Below are positions 14,574 to 23,447 of a stretch of DNA of 24,828 bases, one piece after another. The translations under genes and the position numbers were made by a program. Each line of letters starts with the position of its first letter. The stretch's first letter is position 1. The notes beneath the pieces were generated by a model, which saw only the letters and a program-made list of their open reading frames with translations, had not been told where the DNA came from and did no database searches. Location of the stretch: IMG/VR virus record IMGVR_UViG_3300037484_000123, positions 1 to 24,828 of that record. One strand, written 5' to 3'. The stretch comes from a virus (Duplodnaviria; Caudoviricetes).

Positions 14574-17500
14574 ATGAAGAAGATGGCGTCTATTTTATTG
14601 GCACTCGTTTTGTGGGCAGGAGTGGCGTTGGGTGCTACCTTACCGCCATCTCCTCCATATATACTTCAGCTGTCAGATTGCTCAGTCCTCACATGGCAGG
14701 GGATGTTGTGTCAGGATTTGGAGGACGGGAAACTTTATAAGTGGAATGCCTTCACTGCGGCTCTGGAAGAAGTAGCAGCCACGGGGTCATTCACCTTCCT
14801 TGCTGCATCCGACACCCCCGCTACCTCTGTGGGGCAGGGAGGGAAGTTTGTCAAAGTCAATGTGGGGGAGACTGCTGTTGAGTTCACAGCCTCCACTGTT
14901 GCAGGCCACTCTATTCTCTCGAGCAGTCACACCGACTCCACAACGGGAACAGTCGTAAGAGGCGACTTAATCATAGGCCAGGGAGCGAGTCCGACTTGGA
15001 CTAGGCTAGGCAAGGGAAGCTCAGGGGCAGTGTTAGTGTCTAATGCGACGGATGCCTTATGGAGCACGTACCTATTCTCCGGCACGGCTGCACAGACCTA
15101 CACGTTCCCTACGACGACTGCAACACTGGCTCGTACTGACGCAGGTCAAACATTCACTGGCGTTCAGGCATTTACAGCCCCCACGGTTGCGACATCCATT
15201 ACTCCCAATACCTTTGCTAATGCCTCGCTTGGAACGAGTCTTCTTCCGTTCTCATCTGTCTTCATCGGGGATGCTGCAACCAATAACATCCAGCTTATCA
15301 ATACGGATGCCACGAGCGCAAAGGTAGCCACATTCCCGGATGTGACAGGGACAGTCATGGTAGGGGCCACATCCACTACCACGACCCAAGCTCTCTTCGC
15401 TACGGCTACGGCAGGCGCACCCGCGTTCCGGGCCATAGCTGACGGTGACTTGCCAGCGACGATCAAGGGGCTGACACTTACTGCTGCGGCAGACGGATTC
15501 ACAGTTACGGGTGGCACTACCCCCCGCACTCTGACGGTTCAGACTGGAGCAGTAACCCTCACTGGAAACTCAGCAGGCTCCACCCTTGTCCTCCCATCCG
15601 GCTCTCTTACTCTTGGCACAATGGCCGCCGAAACAGCAACGAGCTACGTGGCAAATGCTCTCTATGACGCATACTCAGTTATTTATGCCGACACAGACAA
15701 CACTCCTGTTGCTCTCACAGTAGGAGCGAGTACGATTGTTGGCAGGAAGGCGTCAGGAGGGATTGTTGCACTTACCGGGGCTGAGGGCCTGGTTATCGTA
15801 GGAGGGCAGGCATCGGATGGCGACCTCACTGCGATTGCTGCTCTATCAGTGGCCCAAGGTAAGATCATCATTGGGAGTGCGTCTCCGGCCTGGAGTCTTA
15901 GTGCCTATGCGCTTCCTATCCTCGACGGCACGACAGATTACGTGCTCAAGACCAATGGGGCAGGGGTAGTGGCGTGGGCGGCTGACGAAACGGGTGGCAC
16001 AACCAATATCAATAATCTCGGAGATGCAAGTGGAGATGGGGCCGTCGATCTCGTCACATATAAGCAAGCCTGGACATCTCAGTTAAATTCAGCAGGAGCC
16101 GTGCTATCAGTCACCGATAGTGTAGCAGACCTTACTGCTGACGTGTCGCTGTTCGACTTCGTATTTAAGGACAGTGATGACGCAAACGCCTTCGCCTGGA
16201 GACTCTATGACAGTGACGACACGGGCACGATCCTTGCTAAATTAAGTGGGGCAGGAGTTTTGACTGCGGCAGGATTCAGTGGGCCGTTAACCGGGGCTGT
16301 TACTGGCAATGCATCAACAGCGACGGCCTTGGCAGCCGATCCCGCGAATTGCTCTGCTGGACAGATTGCTCTCGGCGTGACTGCGGCAGGCGTGGCAGAG
16401 TGTACGGCGACTCCAAGTGGATTGACTTCTGTAGGTGCCACCACATTCACGGGAGCATTAACTGGCAATGCTGATACGGCAACGTTAGCAGCTACCGTGA
16501 CCGTAGTGGATGGGAGTGACGCGACTTCCTATGTGGCAATCTTTGATTCCGCTTCCGGTTCTCTTGCAGTAAAGACTGACACTGGCATCACCTATGCGGC
16601 TGATACAGGGATACTTACTGCTACGGGATTTGCAGGACCGTTGACAGGGAATGCCTCCACAGCCACACTTGCTGCTACCAGCACCATCATTGATGGGACG
16701 GATGCAAGTTCATTTGTCGTCATCGTAGACAGTGCGACTGGCTCACTGGCATTAAAGACTGACACAGGGATCACTTATGCTGCTGACACAGGCATCTTGA
16801 CTGCTACAGGATTCGCCGGACCTCTCACGGGGGCCGTAACAGGGAATGCGTCAACGTCTACAGCTCTATTTGCCAATGGGAGTAATTGCTCCTCTGGCTC
16901 GTTCCCTCTTGGAGTGGACGCTTCAGGGGCATCGGAGAGTTGTACGGACGCAGCCACACAAGCTGAACTCGACGCCTGGGTAGGATCAGCTAACGTCACA
17001 ACGCTAGGGACTATAGCTTCAGGCGTGTGGGATGCCACAACGATTCTAGCCAATGCTGGAGGCACAGGATTTCAAACGTATGTGGTCGGGGATATTCTCT
17101 ACGCCGACACGACCACGACTCTTGCTAAGCTTGCCGCAACTACAGCAGGCTACATCCTGACATCAGGCGGAGTTGGTACTGCTCCTTTGTGGGCCACCCC
17201 TGGAGCAGCCACGTCTCACAGTCTCCTAGATGGGGCAGTTCACCCGGACTCGTTGGCTGACGTGGTCACTCTCGGAGACATCATTCATGGGAATGCCACC
17301 CCTAAGTGGGCGTCCCTTGCTGGGAACACCACTACCACGAAGAAGTACCTTACTCAGACAGGTACGGGTGCGGCGTCTGCTGTTCCTGTGTGGGACACCA
17401 TAGCTGCCGCAGACCTCCCCGCAGCCCTCACGAGTATTGCGGCCCTGACCGAGACGAATGGCGGGATTCCTTATGGCACGGCAGATAATACTTATGCGTG

Positions 17501-19760
17501 GTTAGCAGCGGGAGCAGCCGGGAAACTACTCCGAGGTGCGGGAGCAGCAGCCCCCACATGGAGCACGTCCACATTCGCTGACACCTACGACATCGGAACT
17601 ATTCTCCATGCTTCAAGCGCGAATACCGTCGCTGGCCTCGCAGCAGGAACCACAGGGCAGATCCTTAGAGGAGTGACGGGGGCGGCTCCTGCTTGGACAA
17701 CGGTAACTTTCCCGGCAACAGTGGCCATAGGGTCGGTCTTAGTGGCGAATACTGCCAACATCATGACTGCTCTCACGTCCGCATCTGGCACTTACTACTT
17801 ACAGAACGCAGAAGGTGTGTTGTCTTGGGGCACTCCGGCTGGAGCAGGAGATGTGACGGCGGTAGGTGATTGCGCAAGTGGACTGTGTGGAGACGGCACG
17901 AGTGATGGAGGCACGTATATTGAACTCTACAATGCCTCTGGTAATACCCGTATCGTCAATACTGCTGGAGTCCTTGAAGCTAAGACAGCAGCAGGGGCGG
18001 CCTATGCCAGCTTCAAGGCTGCTGACATTACGACTGTGGCAGTCGATGGGTCCAACAAGATTGTTGTTAGCAACAACACAGCGATCACAGGAGGAATTGA
18101 GAACGCGATTTTCCCGGAAGCAAACATCTGGAAGGTGACTCAGGGAGGAGGATCTACTGAGTACACACTTCCTATAGGCCCAAGCGCAGGACAGATTACT
18201 TTCACTGGCCCTTCCGCAGCCCACACCTATGCTCTTCCAAATGCCGATGCGACAATCCTTACCAATAATGCAGCCGTAACCGTAGGACAGGGCGGAACAG
18301 GATTAACTACTGGCACGTCTGGAGGAGTACCATACTTTAATGCAACGAATACGATGGCCTCCTCTGCTGCTCTTGCTCAGTATAACATCGTCCTTGGAGG
18401 AGGGGCAGGGGCGGCTCCTGTAACGCTTGGCAGCATGGGGACGACTACGCAAGTCCTCCACGGAAATGCTATCGGTGCCCCATCCTTCGCAGCCGTTACC
18501 TACTCTGATATTACTGCAATGAGTTCAGCCAGCTTTGCTACTCTTATCAGTGACGAGCAGGGGACAGGAGTAGTCGTGTTCTCTGACTCTCCTACCTTTG
18601 TGGATGACATTACTGTGGCAGCAGCAGGGGTAAAGTTCACTGGGGCCAATGGAGTGTTGACCATTCTTGGGCTTGGAGATGGGTATGACGAGAATCTAAC
18701 CATCGACTTCAATACGAGCACCAACGTAGTCACTTTCAATAGTGGGACTTTGGCAACCTTCACTGTGACCCCTGCTACGACATTTACTGCGGCAGTCACG
18801 GCAGCCTCCTTTACCTCAACGGGCGCAGACGGGACTAACCGCCTTGTCATCACCAACAACACGGCGATTGCCCCCACGGGATCAGCGATGGAGATTTACC
18901 CTGAAGCAAACGTGTGGAAGATGAACACCAACGGGGTTGAGTCCACCATCATGTCCACCACAGGAAGTCCTGCGGCGATGGTGATTGCATCTCAGGCTAC
19001 AGGGGATTTGCTCTATGCCTCAAGTGCATCGGTGTGGGCAAGATTAGGGATTCAAGCAGCAGGATATGTGCTTGCAGGGGGGGCTGCTCCAGGTTGGGAC
19101 GACTCTCCACAGATCACCACAATCGAGTTAGGTGCTGCTGCTGACACAACGATAGCAAGAGTGAGTGCAGGAATAATTTCTGTAGAGGGGGCTCAGGTCA
19201 CGACTCTCGGAGCGACCATTGGGGCTTCTGAAGTTGATGCAGATGTAGCGACTCAGGCTGAGATAGACTTAAAGGCCAACATAACCTCTCCTGCATTTCT
19301 TATTTCAATGGCCCTCCCTGTGGATGGCACAGTAGATGCAGCAGGCGAGACCACAGTTGATACTACCTCTGATCAACTTAGGTACTATGGAGGAGCAGCA
19401 AGGTCAATCCCATACAAGAAGACTTATTCAGTCGTAGTTCCGTCCGTGGCAGACACTGATGACGTAATGTTTGTGAAACTGCCCTATGGACTCACTGCCC
19501 TTGTTCTTGATTGTATTGTGTCAGCAGCCACATCAGCAACGATCAATATTGTTGAGTGCAACGGAACGGGAACCTGTACGGATGAAATGGCAACGGCGGA
19601 CTTGGTTTGTGATGTTGATGGGGCCACAACCTCAACCTTCGGTGGGGCAGCAGGGGCCGCAGCGGATTCAGGTGATTGGCTCCAGTTGAAGGTTGAGTCA
19701 ATCTCTGGTACGCCTGGAACATTGACAGTTACCCTTACTTACTCTGTGGTAGCGGATTGA
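14574..19760 (+). CDS. Large secreted fibre/adhesin-like repeat protein, 1728 aa
   Basis: Signal peptide MKKMASILLALVLWAGVALG; Thr/Ala/Gly-rich; GD[LI][LI]x...W and GNAxTAT fibre-type repeats; compact C-terminal beta domain. Confidence 0.8.
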   Translation: MKKMASILLALVLWAGVALGATLPPSPPYILQLSDCSVLTWQGMLCQDLEDGKLYKWNAFTAALEEVAATGSFTFLAASDTPATSVGQGGKFVKVNVGETAVEFTASTVAGHSILSSSHTDSTTGTVVRGDLIIGQGASPTWTRLGKGSSGAVLVSNATDALWSTYLFSGTAAQTYTFPTTTATLARTDAGQTFTGVQAFTAPTVATSITPNTFANASLGTSLLPFSSVFIGDAATNNIQLINTDATSAKVATFPDVTGTVMVGATSTTTTQALFATATAGAPAFRAIADGDLPATIKGLTLTAAADGFTVTGGTTPRTLTVQTGAVTLTGNSAGSTLVLPSGSLTLGTMAAETATSYVANALYDAYSVIYADTDNTPVALTVGASTIVGRKASGGIVALTGAEGLVIVGGQASDGDLTAIAALSVAQGKIIIGSASPAWSLSAYALPILDGTTDYVLKTNGAGVVAWAADETGGTTNINNLGDASGDGAVDLVTYKQAWTSQLNSAGAVLSVTDSVADLTADVSLFDFVFKDSDDANAFAWRLYDSDDTGTILAKLSGAGVLTAAGFSGPLTGAVTGNASTATALAADPANCSAGQIALGVTAAGVAECTATPSGLTSVGATTFTGALTGNADTATLAATVTVVDGSDATSYVAIFDSASGSLAVKTDTGITYAADTGILTATGFAGPLTGNASTATLAATSTIIDGTDASSFVVIVDSATGSLALKTDTGITYAADTGILTATGFAGPLTGAVTGNASTSTALFANGSNCSSGSFPLGVDASGASESCTDAATQAELDAWVGSANVTTLGTIASGVWDATTILANAGGTGFQTYVVGDILYADTTTTLAKLAATTAGYILTSGGVGTAPLWATPGAATSHSLLDGAVHPDSLADVVTLGDIIHGNATPKWASLAGNTTTTKKYLTQTGTGAASAVPVWDTIAAADLPAALTSIAALTETNGGIPYGTADNTYAWLAAGAAGKLLRGAGAAAPTWSTSTFADTYDIGTILHASSANTVAGLAAGTTGQILRGVTGAAPAWTTVTFPATVAIGSVLVANTANIMTALTSASGTYYLQNAEGVLSWGTPAGAGDVTAVGDCASGLCGDGTSDGGTYIELYNASGNTRIVNTAGVLEAKTAAGAAYASFKAADITTVAVDGSNKIVVSNNTAITGGIENAIFPEANIWKVTQGGGSTEYTLPIGPSAGQITFTGPSAAHTYALPNADATILTNNAAVTVGQGGTGLTTGTSGGVPYFNATNTMASSAALAQYNIVLGGGAGAAPVTLGSMGTTTQVLHGNAIGAPSFAAVTYSDITAMSSASFATLISDEQGTGVVVFSDSPTFVDDITVAAAGVKFTGANGVLTILGLGDGYDENLTIDFNTSTNVVTFNSGTLATFTVTPATTFTAAVTAASFTSTGADGTNRLVITNNTAIAPTGSAMEIYPEANVWKMNTNGVESTIMSTTGSPAAMVIASQATGDLLYASSASVWARLGIQAAGYVLAGGAAPGWDDSPQITTIELGAAADTTIARVSAGIISVEGAQVTTLGATIGASEVDADVATQAEIDLKANITSPAFLISMALPVDGTVDAAGETTVDTTSDQLRYYGGAARSIPYKKTYSVVVPSVADTDDVMFVKLPYGLTALVLDCIVSAATSATINIVECNGTGTCTDEMATADLVCDVDGATTSTFGGAAGAAADSGDWLQLKVESISGTPGTLTVTLTYSVVAD
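16464..16829 (+). repeat. Tandem 183-nt (61-aa) intragenic duplication
   Basis: GNAxTATLAA...KTDTGITYAADTGILTATGFAGPLT repeated from 16464 and 16647, with many synonymous differences. Confidence 0.85.
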
Positions 19761-19763
19761 TGA

Positions 19764-20531
19764 ATGAAACGACTTATTATATTATTCTCCATCTTCTGTC
19801 TATGGACACTTTCTTTTGCAGACTCAGAGATGATAGTAGTAGTGAAGAAGAAAGGAGGAGATGGACATGGTACTGAGACATGGACAACTCCTGGGAGTAA
19901 TCCGTGGATTGCGCTGAACTCTACTGTGACAGTAGAGCTTTGGGGAGCAGGAGGCGGGGGTGGTGGAAATAATGCCACGAGTAACGGTGGTGGAGGAGGC
20001 GGGGGAGGAAGCTATGTCATTAAGGTAGTCACTGGTCTGACTGTTGGTATCAGTTATACAGTCTATGTTGGCAATAATGGAGTAGGATCAGCAAATGCAG
20101 ATGGCACCGCTGGAGAGGATAGTTACTTTATTGATGTCTCAACCGTTCTGGCGAAGGGCGGAGCAGGTGGGCTTAGTAATGCTAATGGCAGAACAGGGGG
20201 AGCAGGAGGGTTAGCATCAGCAGGGATTGGAGATACAAAATATGATGGTGGATGGGGAGAAACGGGAAGAGTTTCATCTGCGGGACGAGGTGGATATGGA
20301 GGAAGCTCTGGAGGCACGGCAGCAGATGGATTGGCTGATGGAAGTTCTCCCTCGTGGACAACAGTAGATCCTCCTGCCCCACCAACTGGCGCAGGAATAG
20401 GTGGAGTCGGAGGAACAGGAAATGGTGCCGCCCCAGCAACCGGTAATGGCGGAGGAGGTGGAGGATCAGGGGAAGGGACTAATGTAAGCGGGGGAAATGG
20501 AAATGATGGGAAAGCCATTCTTACTTGGTAA
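19764..20531 (+). CDS. Secreted glycine-rich domain protein (fibre-tip/adhesin type)
   Basis: Signal peptide MKRLIILFSIFCLWTLSFA; VTVELWGAGGGGG...GGGGGGSY...YTVYVG...DSYF...AKGG pattern of phage Gly-rich domains. Confidence 0.75.
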   Translation: MKRLIILFSIFCLWTLSFADSEMIVVVKKKGGDGHGTETWTTPGSNPWIALNSTVTVELWGAGGGGGGNNATSNGGGGGGGGSYVIKVVTGLTVGISYTVYVGNNGVGSANADGTAGEDSYFIDVSTVLAKGGAGGLSNANGRTGGAGGLASAGIGDTKYDGGWGETGRVSSAGRGGYGGSSGGTAADGLADGSSPSWTTVDPPAPPTGAGIGGVGGTGNGAAPATGNGGGGGGSGEGTNVSGGNGNDGKAILTW

Positions 20532-21276
20532 AATAAGACTGATCGCTTTGATTCTGTGTTTGCTCATAATTCCTGTCCTGTGCTGGAGCCAGGATGTAGT
20601 TGTGGCGAAGAAGAAGGCCGGGGCATCTGCCGTAGAAATCATAGCTGGCAGTACTGCTGAATATTGGGGAGCGGGTACGGACCCGTATAACTTTGCTTAC
20701 ACCGTGCCATCAGGCTCTAGTCGGGCGTTGATTGTCTTTATCCAATGGAACTATACCGTTACAATGACGGATGTCTATTGGAACACCACCGAGCAAATGA
20801 CGAGGGTGAACCTCGTAGATGAGCCTGACAATGCTGAGGCGCATTATGGCTATGCTAATACTGAAGCGTATGTATTGGTCAACCCAACGGCAGCAACAGC
20901 TAATATTACATTCAACTTTTCAGCTGCTCCAGACTACGGGATAGGGGTATTGGCATTCACGGCCAGCGGAGTTAATCAATCCACACCCGTGTCTGATGTA
21001 GCAGTCTATGAAGAGGATAATGATCTAGTTGTTACCATTACTGTAGCCAACATGACCACAGGTGATTTGGCTGTGTCGGGATTAAATCTGTCAACCAATG
21101 CAGACCCGACAATAGACCTAACAACAGGTACATTACTAGGGACAGAGGGGGGAAGTTCTTGGTGTTGGGGAGCAGTCGGATATAACACAGGTACGGGCAA
21201 TGTAGATATTGTAGTTAGTAGTATTCCAGCCGCCACCAATACTGCGGCGATTGGATTCAGGATTAACAAACCATGA
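20497..21276 (+). CDS. Secreted beta-sandwich-like protein
   Basis: Hydrophobic leader KIRLIALILCLLIIPVLCWS; start may be 20497, 20503 or 20506; beta-strand-rich. Confidence 0.7.
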   Translation: MEMMGKPFLLGKIRLIALILCLLIIPVLCWSQDVVVAKKKAGASAVEIIAGSTAEYWGAGTDPYNFAYTVPSGSSRALIVFIQWNYTVTMTDVYWNTTEQMTRVNLVDEPDNAEAHYGYANTEAYVLVNPTAATANITFNFSAAPDYGIGVLAFTASGVNQSTPVSDVAVYEEDNDLVVTITVANMTTGDLAVSGLNLSTNADPTIDLTTGTLLGTEGGSSWCWGAVGYNTGTGNVDIVVSSIPAATNTAAIGFRINKP

Positions 21277-22802
21277 AACGATTTCTCCTCCTTGTTTTCA
21301 TCATTTCCATTGCCTTTCCAGCCTGGGCAGATACCCATTGGGTTGATGATAACGGGGCGGCGGCGAGTTGGGCGGCATGCCAGAGTGAGTCCCCGTTATC
21401 GGGGGCGTCTGCGTGTACCCTTGCCCAAGCCTTTGCCAATGCTGTGGCAGGGGATACGGTTTATCTCAGAGGAGGGACATATGCATCACAGGGAGACAAG
21501 GTAGCTGCCAATTCCGGGAGTGCAGGTAATAAAATAACTCTATCTGGATACCTTACAGAGACAGTGACCATCACTGGCAATGTGGCTTTTGATTTCAGCG
21601 ACAGGAATTATTGGGTAATTCAGAAAATCAACTTCACGGGAATCACGACAAATGCGACTGGATACGATGGAGTAGTCAATTTAATCAACAGTACCTATTG
21701 TGAGGTTAGGAATTGTCTGTTTGATGCAGCCAACGGAGATGGACGAGAGAGTGCTATTTGGGGTGTTGCCGGCGGGTATCATGTTATAGACTCCTGCACC
21801 TTCCAACATTGGGGAAGCATCACCACTCCTGACAGCACTATAATGGTTGTTGCTCTGCCGTACACTGGCGGTATGGGAACTCCATCAGATTACAATGTTG
21901 TCAGTAATTGCACCTTCACCGATTGGGCCTCCTATGGCCTCGGCTTTTATCCTGGACGGTACAATCAAGTAATTAATTGCACGTTTGACCAAAGCTCAGG
22001 GGGATATGGGCTAGGCATTACCATTGGGGCAAACGGAACCGTTGCTCATCATAACCTGATTGACGGGTGTACGTTCATTGGTTTTGGAGCGGAGCATATC
22101 GTGATGGGTAAGGCTCCCCTGCAACTGTATGGGAATAATAACAGTGTAAGAAGATCCATATTCAGGAATCTGGTTAATGACGGCTCCACTTACCATCCGG
22201 CTTCAATAGAAATGGGATCGGGTGCCTCCACTCTATCAGGCAATTATGTTTACAACAACGTGTTTTATCAGAACGGAGCCGAAGCGATAGGATTGGGGAA
22301 TAACAACGTCAGTGGGAATTACTTTTACAACAATATTTTCTACGGAAACCATACTGGAGTAAATGATGCTGATGGGGGTCAGCATGGGACAACGATTTTA
22401 AACTGGCAAGGGGGAATGGTCGGTGATAACACCGTGGATTATAACTTTTTCCTGCACGATACAGGCTCAACCTGTGCTGATATTGCCGCAAATAATGTAT
22501 TTACTTCATCTGGGCCGAACGGAAGAACTTTAGTGTGGGCAATGGCAAACGACGGTACTCACGTACTATCAAATAACTTCTGCGATGCTAGTGGCCCTAA
22601 TTTTGTGGACCCGGATGTTACACACGATTTCCACCTTGCAGCAGGTTCCCCATGTATTGGGGCAGGAACTACTGTAAATGACACAAACGCATCAACCGGA
22701 GGATGGAGTCAGATCGGCATTACCGACATTGGGGCGTTTCAGTATAGTTCATCTCCTGCCAAAGTGCAGGGTGTTACTATTTTAGGAGGGTCGTTACAAT
22801 GA
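21273..22802 (+). CDS. Secreted right-handed beta-helix (pectin-lyase-fold) protein
   Basis: Signal peptide ending AWA; AVAGDTVYLRGGTY, repeated N/D-C-T-F and NNxF rungs, DFHLAAGSPCIGAG...DIGAFQY C-terminal motif. Confidence 0.85.
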   Translation: MKRFLLLVFIISIAFPAWADTHWVDDNGAAASWAACQSESPLSGASACTLAQAFANAVAGDTVYLRGGTYASQGDKVAANSGSAGNKITLSGYLTETVTITGNVAFDFSDRNYWVIQKINFTGITTNATGYDGVVNLINSTYCEVRNCLFDAANGDGRESAIWGVAGGYHVIDSCTFQHWGSITTPDSTIMVVALPYTGGMGTPSDYNVVSNCTFTDWASYGLGFYPGRYNQVINCTFDQSSGGYGLGITIGANGTVAHHNLIDGCTFIGFGAEHIVMGKAPLQLYGNNNSVRRSIFRNLVNDGSTYHPASIEMGSGASTLSGNYVYNNVFYQNGAEAIGLGNNNVSGNYFYNNIFYGNHTGVNDADGGQHGTTILNWQGGMVGDNTVDYNFFLHDTGSTCADIAANNVFTSSGPNGRTLVWAMANDGTHVLSNNFCDASGPNFVDPDVTHDFHLAAGSPCIGAGTTVNDTNASTGGWSQIGITDIGAFQYSSSPAKVQGVTILGGSLQ

Positions 22803-23065
22803 AGAAACTTTTCCTGTTGCTTCTTATAGTCTTCCTATTTGATTTGGGTCAATACTCCGTGGGGCAAATGATGACGGACCCTCCACTTCGCTATGATGGA
22901 CAGGGGAGGGCTGGAAGTCCTCTTGCTTTGTATAATCCAGTTAACGATGCTCCAATCTACATTCCATTAGAGAATGGAAAATTTATGTTTGACTTTGAGG
23001 GTGTGATTTACCGTATTGATCCGCTTGACTATTTAAAAATTCAGGTCTACAGGAGGGAGCCATGA
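22799..23065 (+). CDS. Small secreted or membrane-anchored hypothetical protein
   Basis: MKKLFLLLLIVFLF leader; ATGA overlaps on both sides. Confidence 0.65.
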   Translation: MKKLFLLLLIVFLFDLGQYSVGQMMTDPPLRYDGQGRAGSPLALYNPVNDAPIYIPLENGKFMFDFEGVIYRIDPLDYLKIQVYRREP

Positions 23066-23439
23066 AAAAGTTACTCGTCATTATGTTCAGCATTTTAGTT
23101 TTAGCTACGTTTGCAGACGCAGCCGATTTCGCACTCAAGGCCCAATGGACGCCAAACACTGAGACAGACATGAGCTACTACAGCCTCTACAGGACGGATG
23201 GGACTCGGACAGTGGTAAGTGCCTGCTCCCATGTAAATCAGCCCTCCCTGCCCCTCCCAGCGAAGGTAGAGTGCCTATTTACGGTTACTGTGCCAAGTGG
23301 AACTGAGCCAACCCTGAGTTTTGTGGTTACAGCCACGGACACGGCTGGTAACTTTTCGCCAGATAGCGACCCTGCCACATTTAGGGCAGACGCGAAACCT
23401 CCGGTTAAACCGGCTGCTTTAGTCATAATGCTTCAGTAG
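23062..23439 (+). CDS. Secreted fibronectin type III-like protein
   Basis: Signal peptide ending ADA; W-x-PN-x-E-x-D...Y-x-LY and FVVTATDTAGNFSPDS FN3 pattern. Confidence 0.75.
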   Translation: MKKLLVIMFSILVLATFADAADFALKAQWTPNTETDMSYYSLYRTDGTRTVVSACSHVNQPSLPLPAKVECLFTVTVPSGTEPTLSFVVTATDTAGNFSPDSDPATFRADAKPPVKPAALVIMLQ

Positions 23440-23447
23440 GAGCGAAC

